A DNA stretch of 64,000 nucleotides from an uncultured Chloroflexia bacterium (lineage in GTDB: Bacteria; Chloroflexota; Chloroflexia; QHBQ01; JADMIH01): positions 992,001 to 1,056,000 of the forward strand of contig CAWCNY010000002.1 of NCBI GenBank assembly GCA_963797095.1, read 5' to 3'. The notes under the pieces were generated by a model that worked only from the letters and a program-made list of their open reading frames with translations, did not search any database and was not told where the DNA came from. The position numbers and the translations under genes are program-made. This document shows positions 48,594 to 57,956 of this stretch, one piece after another. Every line of letters begins with the position of its first letter. The first letter of the stretch is position 1.

Positions 48594-49055
48594 GTGAGGG
48601 GGCGGATCAGGCCGCGCCTGGTGGGCGGAGCGTTGGGCGTTGGTCTGGTGACGGCGCTCTACCTGGCTGATAGCTTGTTGAAGGGATCAGGTGGGGATGG
48701 AATGCCCCTGGTAGGACTGTTGGTGTTGGCGGCTCCGGGGATGTTGGCCGCGTGGTTGGCGCAACGGTATGGGCAACTGGAGGAGGTCGAGAGGGAGGGA
48801 GCACTGGCGGGTTTGATTACCGCGCACTTTGCTTCGGCGCTGCTGGTAGTGGCGCTCATCCTGGGGGCGCTCGATATCGATTGGACTGTTTACGAGGCGC
48901 AGGTAGGGGTGCAGATCGCAGGCGAAGTGAGGGATGCCGTTGTGCCTGCGGTGGCTGTGGCAGGGGCGGTGTCCGTGGTTGTGGTTAATGCGTGGTGTGT
49001 TACGGCCGGCTGGCTGGGCGCTCTCCTCTATAAGAGGCTGGCGGGTTTGAGATAG
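48594..49055 (+). CDS. Hypothetical membrane protein (4 TM)
   Basis: Hydrophobic ORF co-directional with its neighbours. Confidence 0.65.
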   Translation: MRGRIRPRLVGGALGVGLVTALYLADSLLKGSGGDGMPLVGLLVLAAPGMLAAWLAQRYGQLEEVEREGALAGLITAHFASALLVVALILGALDIDWTVYEAQVGVQIAGEVRDAVVPAVAVAGAVSVVVVNAWCVTAGWLGALLYKRLAGLR

Positions 49056-49065
49056 AAGTAGAAGT

Positions 49066-49671
49066 ATGGATGCGTTTTCTACCATAATCGCAGGGTTCGG
49101 GCTGTCGGCTCCGGCGGGCCTCAATGCGTGGATACCTCTGCTGGTAGCTTCGTTGGCTGCCAAGATCGGGTGGCTAAAGCTCAACGCCCCATTCAACGTG
49201 CTTGGGGAGACGTGGGTGTTGCTTGTGCTGTTGGCACTTGTCACGATCGAGCTTTTCGTGGACAAGATACCGGCGATTGATACGATCAACGATATCATTC
49301 ACACGTTCATCCGCCCGGTGGCGGGGGGTATCCTGTTCGCGGCGCAGGCAGGGGCTATCGGGGGATTGGACCCAACGGTAGGGTTTATTTTGGGGCTGCT
49401 GTCGGCGGGGGCGGTACACACGGTGAAGGCGACCGGGAGGCCGCTGGTGACGGCGTTTACCGGAGGGCTATTTAACCCTATTGTGAGCATGGTTGAGGAT
49501 ATTATCGCGGCTGTGACGGCTGTGCTGGCGCTGGTGGCCCCCATCGTGGCGGCGCTGATTATGCTGGTGTTGCTGGCGGTGGCGGGGTGGATGGTGTTGC
49601 GCTGGCGCGAGCGGCGGAGGCGGAGACGCCTGGAGGCGCAGGCAAGTGCAGCGAAGCAGGGGTCGCCGTAG
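49066..49671 (+). CDS. DUF4126-family membrane protein
   Basis: GLSAPAGLNAWIP, ELFVDKIPAID, IRPVAG, NPIVS..ED. Confidence 0.9.
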   Translation: MDAFSTIIAGFGLSAPAGLNAWIPLLVASLAAKIGWLKLNAPFNVLGETWVLLVLLALVTIELFVDKIPAIDTINDIIHTFIRPVAGGILFAAQAGAIGGLDPTVGFILGLLSAGAVHTVKATGRPLVTAFTGGLFNPIVSMVEDIIAAVTAVLALVAPIVAALIMLVLLAVAGWMVLRWRERRRRRRLEAQASAAKQGSP

Positions 49672-49737
49672 GCGGTAGCCGGTAGACGGCGGTTGGATTA
49701 CGGTTCCTGGTTGCTTTCTCATTTCACGGTATCTCCT

Positions 49738-50325
49738 CTAGGGTACGGGTGTGAAGTAGTCTGTGGTACGAACAACCAGCTTATCATCCACAAAGAAGGC
49801 GGCAACAGTCCTTACGGTCCATTGGGCCAGGGCTTTGTGGATATTGTACTGAGTAACGCTAACGCCGTCAGAATCTGTAACAGTGCCGTCGGCGTCGCGA
49901 AACGTTCCCCAGTAGCTAAAGGTGAAGTGTACTTTTGCCCCTTCCACAGGTTTGTTATCCAGGGTGAGGGTACTTGTGAGGGTGATGATGCCATCTGGCG
50001 TGGTAGGGTTGGTGGGGCTGATTTCGAGGGTAGCGGTGTATTCGCCTGGTTTGGGGGTCGAGGTGGGGATAGGGATGGGCGTTTGGGCATTTGCGCTTGT
50101 ATTGATGTTTGTAAGGGTTTCCATGAGGTCGGTGGCGGTGATTTTGGGGTTGCCAGCGTTGATTGCCCAGGCGAGAGCAGCGACTGTGGCGAGCGTCAAA
50201 ACTGAGACGAAGATCCAGGATGCCCAGGGTGTTCTCTCCTCGATGGTCAGCTTGAGAGGCGTCTGGTCTACCAGCGATTCGGGGTTGACGCGAGGTATTG
50301 GGTTGTCAGGCGGGTCGCTTGACAA
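49738..50325 (-). CDS. Hypothetical membrane-anchored protein with an Ig-like C-terminal domain
   Basis: TM helix, Pro/Thr linker, PVEGAKV.F...TDSDGV; TTG start with AAGGA SD. Confidence 0.65.
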   Translation of the reverse strand: MSSDPPDNPIPRVNPESLVDQTPLKLTIEERTPWASWIFVSVLTLATVAALAWAINAGNPKITATDLMETLTNINTSANAQTPIPIPTSTPKPGEYTATLEISPTNPTTPDGIITLTSTLTLDNKPVEGAKVHFTFSYWGTFRDADGTVTDSDGVSVTQYNIHKALAQWTVRTVAAFFVDDKLVVRTTDYFTPVP

Positions 50326-50413
50326 TGATGGTTCCTTTTGGGTTGGGCGAGTAGCCGCTGTGATTAATATCCGTTTTGGGGGCGGAATGTTTGTGTTGGT
50401 TTTGGTGGGACTG

Positions 50414-50445
50414 AAAAAAGCCCCTGCTTCCTAGGAAGCAGGGGC
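50414..50445 (-). terminator. Intrinsic terminator
   Basis: Perfect palindrome GCCCCTGCTTCCTAGGAAGCAGGGGC followed by T6 on the minus strand. Confidence 0.85.
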
Positions 50446-50478
50446 AAGTTCTCGTTTCCGAGCATCACCGGCTAATGC

Positions 50479-50526
50479 CTAGGCATTGTCCTCGCCGGTG
50501 ATGCTCATAAGTGTGCTACTACTCAT
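50479..50526 (-). CDS. Candidate 15-aa small ORF MSSSTLMSITGEDNA
   Basis: Full SD AAGGAGGTGA 5 nt upstream; has its own promoter and terminator. Confidence 0.55.
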   Translation of the reverse strand: MSSSTLMSITGEDNA

Positions 50527-50597
50527 ACGCATCACCTCCTTGTTCTTAATGTGGGGCCGGGACGATAAATTTGTTTAGAGGTGGCCTCACTGATTCA

Positions 50598-50627
50598 ACT
50601 ATAACAGAGCGTAGATCTGATTGTCAA
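50598..50627 (-). promoter_or_regulatory. Strong sigma70-type promoter for the small-ORF transcript
   Basis: TTGACA-18-TATAGT with extended -10 TG. Confidence 0.7.
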
Positions 50628-50855
50628 GGAGAAGTCATTAAGATCGGCATGAATACATCTACAGTAGGATGTATAATCGGCTGGCGGGTGTTGGCCCGCC
50701 ACAGACTGCCATTCTTTGCTTTTTGTTGAACGCACGCTAACTCTGATATAATTGAACGTACTTTGCCCGCGACCTTGCGTAAAAAGTGCGGTTAGGCACC
50801 CTCAATTCGCGCGCATTTATATCCCGTATTCCATTTTGGAGGAGGCTTACACAGA

Positions 50856-51701
50856 ATGCACCTTGGCTCTTTGCCGGGAATTCTACTTGCCCTTGCCTGG
50901 GGGCTGCTGGGCACTGCGCCCGGCCACAACGCAAATATCGCAGGCAATACGGTTGGTGCGAATAGCATCGCCCTTTATTCGATTGTCGCTCAGGCCGAGA
51001 CGCCAACAGTTGAGACGGGAACGACAACGATTACGCCCACCGCTACTCTTGAGATCACGGGCACGGCGGCCAGCACGATAACTCCCACCGGGACGATCAG
51101 CGTTACCGGCACGATCACGAGTGGGGGGACCCTTACTCCGACCGTAGAGGCCCCGACAGTTATACCGCTGCCGACGGCTGTGCCCCAGCAGATACAGCCG
51201 AGCTTGCAGATCAACCCCTTTGACTGGAACTTCCTGACAAGCGCGCCAACGGACCCGACTCCCAAACTTGGTCCTTTCGCATGGATTTTCCTGGTGCTTA
51301 TGTTGGTGCTGGTAGGGGGCGGTATTTACGGCTACAGAGTGTTGCGGCCCAGGTGGAAGAATACGAATACGGTGTGGTATAAGGCGGTTGCCAGGTTTGG
51401 GCAACCTGCTCTCTGGATCGGCGTGCTGGGGCTGGTGTTCCTTTTCTTCAGATTAGTAGAGCTGGACTTCTTCAACAAACGGCTGTGGCTCTACCTGGAT
51501 GGAGGGGCGCTGCTGGGGCTGATCGTGTGGTTCTTCTACTGGTATCGCAACTCATACCCGCAGGAGATAGCGAAGTTCCAGAAGACACAGAAAGCCAAGC
51601 AGTATATGCCGTCGGGGACGAAAGGCCCTGTGCGTAGCACGACCGGGCCAAGCTCACCGGTTGCCCAGAAGCGGGGCAGCAAGAACCGCCGGAAGAAGTA
51701 A
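50856..51701 (+). CDS. Hypothetical membrane protein with a Thr-rich extracellular region and basic C-terminus
   Basis: SD GGAGGAGG, signal peptide, 3 TM helices. Confidence 0.8.
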   Translation: MHLGSLPGILLALAWGLLGTAPGHNANIAGNTVGANSIALYSIVAQAETPTVETGTTTITPTATLEITGTAASTITPTGTISVTGTITSGGTLTPTVEAPTVIPLPTAVPQQIQPSLQINPFDWNFLTSAPTDPTPKLGPFAWIFLVLMLVLVGGGIYGYRVLRPRWKNTNTVWYKAVARFGQPALWIGVLGLVFLFFRLVELDFFNKRLWLYLDGGALLGLIVWFFYWYRNSYPQEIAKFQKTQKAKQYMPSGTKGPVRSTTGPSSPVAQKRGSKNRRKK

Positions 51702-51860
51702 GGCTTAGTAGAAGATACGCAAGTTGCTAACGATGCCCGCCATTGGCGGGCATCAATCTTGATGATATGTAGTAAGGGAGAGCCGCGCAACTTTTCCACC
51801 CGGCTCTCCGTCATAGTAATATAAACATGGACGCAATGACGACCAGGAGGGAAGATACAC

Positions 51861-53219
51861 ATGCTCACTACTTTACACAAGACTACTGAATTCAAGAGAC
51901 GGGCGCGAGGTTTTCTCCACGCCTCCTGGGCTGCTTGCGTTGTTCTGCTTGCTCTGGCGCTGGCACTTTCAGCTTGCGATTTCAGTCCGACACCTACACC
52001 CATTACCGGACCAACCTCGACGCCTGTGGCTACGGCGACTGCTGAGGGGCCTACTTCTACGCCGACCGGTGCGCCTACAGCAACGGCCACGCCTTTGCCG
52101 CCGAGCGCGACGCCCACGATTATGCCGTCGCCTACGCCCTCGCCAAGTCCCACTGAAGTGCCTTTGCCTACGTATACGTGGCAGCCGCTTGGTGTTCCGG
52201 AGGGTACGAACCTGCGCGATATCGCTTTGCTACCCGGAGGGAAGAATATAGTGCTGGTAGGGTCGGCATCGGGCGTGTGGCGGAGCGAGTACGATTATTC
52301 GAACTGGCAGAAATTGGATGTGCCGATACCGAGCAACCCACGTCCAGGCAATGTAGAGGTGGCTATAGGCAGCGCGGATGTGTTTTATGTAACGGCGCAC
52401 ACCGCATGCGCCAGCGGTCTGCCGATCAATAGTTTCCGCTCGACAGATGGAGGCCAGACCTGGGAGAAGATGTCTGTGCAGTTGTTGGATATGTACGCGC
52501 CCAATGCCACTCTAGCATACGGAACCGTTTGTGGAGGCGTATTGAAGAGCACAAATTCGGGAGCTACATGGTCGGATGTGCTGCCTGGGTCGCCCGTGGA
52601 TAATGGCGATCCGTATGCGGTTACAGGAAGCCCCGACGCCCAGTCGGTATACGTGGCGTATGCCAGCGAGGGTGGCACGGGTACGGTCAAGCGCAGCACT
52701 GACGGCGGTGGTAGCTGGACCGATGTGACCCCCAGGAACGTGCCGCCGGATGGGCTGCTGCATGCCACCGTGCAGATGATGTTCGTGCCAGGATCGGTCG
52801 GGAGGCCGGACGATGGCGGGCTATATATGGCGAACGGCCAGGGTACTTTCTTCCTGCCGATTGAGAGCGACGAGTGGCAGGTGCATATCGACACGGCTAA
52901 CGCGGTAGATAATGCAGAGTACTACTTGACGGCGCTGTACGCAGATACGGCTTACAGTGATGATTACGTGAAGCCAGGGCCTGTGTTGTACACGGCACGC
53001 GCCAAGCTGGGAGACCAGGCACTGGAAGGGATCGGTGTGTTCAGATCTATCAACCTGGGCGCGACCTGGCAGATGGTCGGTGATGATATCGGCAAGCGGT
53101 CGGTGCAGGGATTGGCGCTGGCCCCTCATGATACGACCGCCGTGCCCGATATGACGGAGGCGCTGATAGCGACAACATCGGATGGGGTGTGGGGGGTATT
53201 GATGCCGCCTTTGAAGTAG
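51861..53219 (+). CDS. BNR/Asp-box beta-propeller lipoprotein
   Basis: Lipobox LSAC, Pro/Thr linker, repeated RSTDGG.TW. Confidence 0.85.
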   Translation: MLTTLHKTTEFKRRARGFLHASWAACVVLLALALALSACDFSPTPTPITGPTSTPVATATAEGPTSTPTGAPTATATPLPPSATPTIMPSPTPSPSPTEVPLPTYTWQPLGVPEGTNLRDIALLPGGKNIVLVGSASGVWRSEYDYSNWQKLDVPIPSNPRPGNVEVAIGSADVFYVTAHTACASGLPINSFRSTDGGQTWEKMSVQLLDMYAPNATLAYGTVCGGVLKSTNSGATWSDVLPGSPVDNGDPYAVTGSPDAQSVYVAYASEGGTGTVKRSTDGGGSWTDVTPRNVPPDGLLHATVQMMFVPGSVGRPDDGGLYMANGQGTFFLPIESDEWQVHIDTANAVDNAEYYLTALYADTAYSDDYVKPGPVLYTARAKLGDQALEGIGVFRSINLGATWQMVGDDIGKRSVQGLALAPHDTTAVPDMTEALIATTSDGVWGVLMPPLK

Positions 53220-53245
53220 GGGAGTTCGGAGTTCCTGAGTATTGG

Positions 53246-55474
53246 TTAGCGCTTGTAGAGGGTCACTATCCCGTTGGTCCAGGCGTTGTTCTGGGGGGAG
53301 TATCCGGCGGTTGTAGGATCTTGTTTCGACCATAAGAGGGCGTAGTCCGGCAGGTTATTGGGGTCTGCGGGGAGTATGGGTTGGCCGAAGGTGAGCGATG
53401 GATCGCCGTACTCGGTGCGCCCCTCTCGTAGATAATAGCCGAGGGCAGCGGTGTAGCCGCCGCCGATCTTCCCATCTAGTATCGGATCGTCCGCTGGACT
53501 TCCTAAAAGGAGTGACGCACCCGAAGGGATCAGAGCGGGCAGTTGATCCAGGTGCCCAGGGGTTTTGAGTGTATATACCTGGTCGTTGCCGAACTCTTGC
53601 ACCAGCGTGAAGGTGTCGAGCACTCCGCCTTCGGCGTGGGTGGTCCGCCATTTGAAATCGTCCAATTGCGGGCCGCTGAGGTTCTCCAGGTGCACAACCA
53701 CATACTTCACGCCGAGCGCCCACAGGGCGTCTACGCTTCGGGCGCAGGGGAAACAGTCGTCTGTTTCGTGGATAAGGGCCGAATAGGCGAAGGGCCTGAT
53801 CGTGACGCTGCCGTTAACGGTGCGATCCCAGTGATATGTGCTGAAGTACTGGTAGGTGTTGCCCATAACCACATTGAGGTCGCCGGTCTTGTAGTAAACC
53901 ATAGGATACTCGACGATAGCCGCAGGAGGTTGGGCGGCCAGCCAGCGGTAGACCTGGGGCACCGCGCTGCGGGTAGGGATCGGTTCCATGTTGAGGGGGG
54001 CGCTCCAACTCTCGGCCACGGGGATAAGCGCAAGCAATATGGCTAGCGCGGGAACCCAACGGCGGGTGGAGCGTTGTTGGTTCTCGGTCTGGCGCGTTCG
54101 TCTCTCGCCCAGCCAGCGCAATAGAGCCAGCGTGCCGATACCGGCGAGGACCGCCAGGGAGAGCGCGATCAATACCTCAATGCGCGAGACGGTGCGCATA
54201 CTGGTGAAGCCTGGCACAAGGTTGAATAGGAGCAAGTAGGGAAGGGGCATCACGCCATTGATCGCGTTGGGGTCGTAATAGTTGTCGGGATAGGTAAGTT
54301 GGAGGGTTGGCCCCAGAGAGAGCACTACGGATACCAGGGCCACAATCACATAGAATATGGCGTGCTTGCCCAGGCTTAGCGGTGGGCGCTCGTTGGCTTT
54401 ATCGTCCGCTTGCATAGTCGCCGTCGTGGGTTGGCTTGCGCGCCTGCGCCGCCACAGCCAAACGAGGCCGATAATGGTCAGGATCAGCACGCCCAGGCCG
54501 GGGAATGCTGCGTGCTCAAGGGGCCAGGGTCCCTGGTCGGCGAATGGGGCGAGCAGGGTTTTGTAGAGAGGGTTGGCTTTGTACACCGATAGGAAGCTGA
54601 CGATAGCATAGGAGTAGCGCTCGGTCTGGTAAATATCGCGGCTGAAGCCGTACCCTGCCTGCACTTCCCGGTAGGCAAGCGCGATAGGAAGGATCAGGAG
54701 GGCAGACATAACCATCCCGGCCAGGAACCTGATCCAGAATGTGCGGGAGAAGAGCGGGCGTTGGACAATGAAGTAGTAGATTATGAACAGGCCAAGCAAG
54801 ATAGCCGAGTAGTAGGCGAGGTAGTGAGTGGAGAGGGCCTGGAGGGCGAAGAATATACAGAGAGCACCTGCCCAGCGCCATTTGTGCGTCCAGAGCAGCT
54901 TGTAGGCAGACAGGAGGATGAAGGGGAGCCATTCGGCGCTGAGGATGGTGGGGTGGATGAGGTTGTTCAGCATGTAGAAGCTGAACGCGTAGGCTGTGCC
55001 CGCCGCCAATCCTGCCCACCTGCTGCCTGTAAGCTCCCGGACCAGCAGCCACGTGCCGTAACCTCCCAGGATGAAGGCCACAAAGACCACGAAGTTGAGG
55101 CCAAGCACAGGGTTGCCCGTTGCCAGGTAAACGGGCGCTGAGATCACCGATTCGGTAAACGAGATTTCGTTGAAGCCGAGAGTGCCTGAGTACGGGTAGT
55201 TGATGTTGGCTTCCATCAAGCCGAGGGGGTTGGTGGCGAGGGCATGTCCCTGCCAGGCCAGTTCCCAGGTGACGAGTAGAGAGTCGTCTTTGTCGACGAG
55301 ATAGCCGCCCAGGTTGGGGAACATGGGCCAGGTGGCAGCGATGGTGATGAGGGCCATAGCAGCCAGCACGGTGATGTGCGGGAGCAGACGCGCTCCCAGC
55401 ACGCGCGTTTGCGCCAGTTTTGATTCGGTGACTTGTGCCTGGCTCAGTTGGGCAGTGGCGCTTTCGGTAGCCAT
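53246..55474 (-). CDS. GT-C fold membrane glycosyltransferase-like protein
   Basis: D..L..W.LAW..H, NINYPY..TLGFNE, many TM helices, PGF.SMR..SR. Confidence 0.8.
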   Translation of the reverse strand: MATESATAQLSQAQVTESKLAQTRVLGARLLPHITVLAAMALITIAATWPMFPNLGGYLVDKDDSLLVTWELAWQGHALATNPLGLMEANINYPYSGTLGFNEISFTESVISAPVYLATGNPVLGLNFVVFVAFILGGYGTWLLVRELTGSRWAGLAAGTAYAFSFYMLNNLIHPTILSAEWLPFILLSAYKLLWTHKWRWAGALCIFFALQALSTHYLAYYSAILLGLFIIYYFIVQRPLFSRTFWIRFLAGMVMSALLILPIALAYREVQAGYGFSRDIYQTERYSYAIVSFLSVYKANPLYKTLLAPFADQGPWPLEHAAFPGLGVLILTIIGLVWLWRRRRASQPTTATMQADDKANERPPLSLGKHAIFYVIVALVSVVLSLGPTLQLTYPDNYYDPNAINGVMPLPYLLLFNLVPGFTSMRTVSRIEVLIALSLAVLAGIGTLALLRWLGERRTRQTENQQRSTRRWVPALAILLALIPVAESWSAPLNMEPIPTRSAVPQVYRWLAAQPPAAIVEYPMVYYKTGDLNVVMGNTYQYFSTYHWDRTVNGSVTIRPFAYSALIHETDDCFPCARSVDALWALGVKYVVVHLENLSGPQLDDFKWRTTHAEGGVLDTFTLVQEFGNDQVYTLKTPGHLDQLPALIPSGASLLLGSPADDPILDGKIGGGYTAALGYYLREGRTEYGDPSLTFGQPILPADPNNLPDYALLWSKQDPTTAGYSPQNNAWTNGIVTLYKR

Positions 55475-55593
55475 TGGTGCCTTTTCCTGTCTTGGGGTTT
55501 GCGGTTGTACTGTACCACAAAAGTTCCTGTGGGGATAACTGCGTTTGCCTCTTGATCTTGTGGAACGAGCTCTTTTATCCGGCTACTGACATC

Positions 55594-55731
55594 GGAATGT
55601 GTACTCCAGTACAGTCGGTGATCCGGATTTCAGGAGGTTGATAGGAGGATGGTTAAATCTGCCCTCGTTAACTTAAAGGCATTGATGAGGCAAAACGGAA
55701 CAGGTTTCGGGGTGTGCTTAAGTATGGTTTC
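55594..55731 (-). repeat. Dispersed intergenic element, copy 4 (extended form)
   Basis: Reverse complement reads GAAACCATACTTAAGCACACCCCGAAACCTGTTCCGTTTTGCC...TAAGTTAACGAGGGCAGATTTAACC, then ACTGTACTGGAGTACAC. Confidence 0.75.
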
Positions 55732-55733
55732 TA

Positions 55734-56726
55734 TCAGGTGGAGCGGAGGATTATGGAGAGGGCGCCTGCGGCGAAGACTATGGGGACGGCTACGGCGCTT
55801 GCCAGGAGAAAAATGGTGGCGGCGCGCTCACGGCGGCGCACAAGACCTGCGAGCAGGGCGTTCACGAACCAGATGCCGAGGGCGATGGCCGGGAGCCTTA
55901 GAATTTCCTGGAGGTCGCCCACGCGGTCGATCTGGGCTTGCGCACTCCAGTGGAGGGGGAGGATTAGGGGAAGGGCATTGTACATCATACTCAACCAGCC
56001 GAAAAAGAGCATGCAGAGGAGGAGGCCAGCCAGGAGGAGCCATCGCGTGAGGGGGTCGCCCCAGAGGCCAGCGCCCCAGGCCAGCCAGCGGCCGGTAGTG
56101 GTGTTTGGGAGAGGCTCGGCGTGCCCGTTGAGTGTGCGTTCCTCGTTTTCGGCGTCTTTGGAGGCTTTGACGCGTGACCTCAATTCCTCCATGAAAGCGA
56201 GTGTGCGTTGTGGAGAGATACCGAAGGCTATGTCGGGTGTGGAGACGAACACCTGGTCGCTGGCAGGGCGAGTGGCAACCGAAACCACCTCTACGCGACC
56301 CAGTTGCGGGCTGCGGCCGGAGCCTACCAGGTAGCCGGGTATGGTGTCGGCCACCCCGCGCCAGCGCACCTGTATAGGAGCGCCTTCGCGATGCTCTGTG
56401 CCTCCTACTTTTTCGCCGGGGGCATAGACAACTATTACTGAGGAGAGGGGAATGAGATGGCGTGTTGCCCCGTAGCTGAGAGTAAGGTTGCCTCCACCCA
56501 GCCTGTAGGTGATGGTGTTGGCGCACCAGGCAAGGTAGGCCAGAAGCCCGACGAGGATCAGGCTAAGGAATAGAGCCAGCCCATATAGGAAGGTGAAGGG
56601 GCCATAACCTTCCATAGAGGCGCTTTCGGCGAGCATATTCCATAACCAGACCGCCACCGCTATCGTTAGCAGTGGCAGCAGGATAAGTATGAATCTAAAG
56701 GGGGAGGACGCTGGACGCCAGAGCAT
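55734..56726 (-). CDS. Bacterial PH-domain membrane protein with a DUF1648-like C-terminal region
   Basis: PGYLVG, FGISP; LP.ILPLHW....IDR.G. Confidence 0.75.
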   Translation of the reverse strand: MLWRPASSPFRFILILLPLLTIAVAVWLWNMLAESASMEGYGPFTFLYGLALFLSLILVGLLAYLAWCANTITYRLGGGNLTLSYGATRHLIPLSSVIVVYAPGEKVGGTEHREGAPIQVRWRGVADTIPGYLVGSGRSPQLGRVEVVSVATRPASDQVFVSTPDIAFGISPQRTLAFMEELRSRVKASKDAENEERTLNGHAEPLPNTTTGRWLAWGAGLWGDPLTRWLLLAGLLLCMLFFGWLSMMYNALPLILPLHWSAQAQIDRVGDLQEILRLPAIALGIWFVNALLAGLVRRRERAATIFLLASAVAVPIVFAAGALSIILRST

Positions 56727-56769
56727 TGTGTGAGTTCAAGGTTTAAAATTCAAACCTCAAGTGTTGGGA

Positions 56770-57723
56770 TTATGCGGTGACGGGTTGGCGAGCTTCGACG
56801 TGGACAGGGGTGCACCAGTTGGAGTACTTGGAGACATTGCCCCTTACTACATCGAAGTAGAGTTTCTGGAGGGCGCGACCCACTTCGCCCACTCCACCCG
56901 TGCCGACGGGCCGGTGGTCTACCGAGCCTATCGGCGCGATCTGGGCGCCCGTGCCGCATAGAATTAGCTCGTCACATATATATAGCTCTGTGCGATCGAT
57001 AACGCGCTCGACCACGGGGATGCCGAGGTCTTCGCTGAGGAGGGTCATTATGGTCTGGCGGGTTATCCCCTCGAGAATATTGGAGGTTACAGGTGGTGTG
57101 TAGGCTGTGCCGTTGCGGAACATGAATAGATTTTCGGCGGAGCCTTCGGAAACGTGACCGTCGTTGTCGAGCATGATCCCTTCATCGAAGCCGTTGGTGA
57201 GTGCTTCGGTCTTGGCGAAGGCCGAGTTGACATAAGCGCCGGTAATTTTGCTACGAGCGGGGATCATGTTGTCATCTACGCGCTTCCAGGAGGAGACGCC
57301 TACGTTGAGTGCGCGGTCGATATCAATGTAGTTGCCGAACGGGAGGACGGCCATGTACATATCGTCGCGGAGGTTATGGAGGCGGACGCCTATTGTCTCG
57401 TCGGCTTTGTAGGCCATAGGGCGGATGTAGGAGTCAGTGTGGAGGCCGCTCTGTGTGAGGAGGTCGATCGTAAGCTGCACCAACTCGTCTGCGCTGAGCT
57501 TCAGATCGATCATCATGATATGAGCCGATTGATGGAAGCGTTCGAAGTGCTCATGCGCGCGGAAGATATACAGTTGGCTGTGATCGGGGTTATAATAGGC
57601 TCGTATGCCTTCAAAGCAGCCCGTACCGTAGCTCATAGCATGGGTGAGGATGCCTATTTTGGCTTCGGCCAGTGGTACAATCTTGCCCTGGAAGTAGCAA
57701 AGTAGGGGCAGGTCTGTTTCCAT
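56770..57723 (-). CDS. ilvE: Branched-chain amino acid aminotransferase
   Basis: YGTGCFEGIR, YIRP, K..G.YVNS, EGSAENLF, LEGITR, GTGAQI.P. Confidence 0.95.
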   Translation of the reverse strand: METDLPLLCYFQGKIVPLAEAKIGILTHAMSYGTGCFEGIRAYYNPDHSQLYIFRAHEHFERFHQSAHIMMIDLKLSADELVQLTIDLLTQSGLHTDSYIRPMAYKADETIGVRLHNLRDDMYMAVLPFGNYIDIDRALNVGVSSWKRVDDNMIPARSKITGAYVNSAFAKTEALTNGFDEGIMLDNDGHVSEGSAENLFMFRNGTAYTPPVTSNILEGITRQTIMTLLSEDLGIPVVERVIDRTELYICDELILCGTGAQIAPIGSVDHRPVGTGGVGEVGRALQKLYFDVVRGNVSKYSNWCTPVHVEARQPVTA

Positions 57724-57956
57724 TTTGTTCTCCTGTTTGGTTGAAAATCGGCTCCGGACCGCATTGTTCGGGCCGAGGGCGGCGTATGCAAGGGTGCTTG
57801 CCTACCCGACCGCATTATAACATCGGGGTTGGGTTGGTTCAAGGAGGGTAGTCGGTAGTCGGAGGACGCGTGACGAGTGAAGAGTGATAAGGAACCAGGA
57901 ACCAGGAACTATAAATCCGACTACCGACTACCGACTACCAGCAACAGGAACTTACT

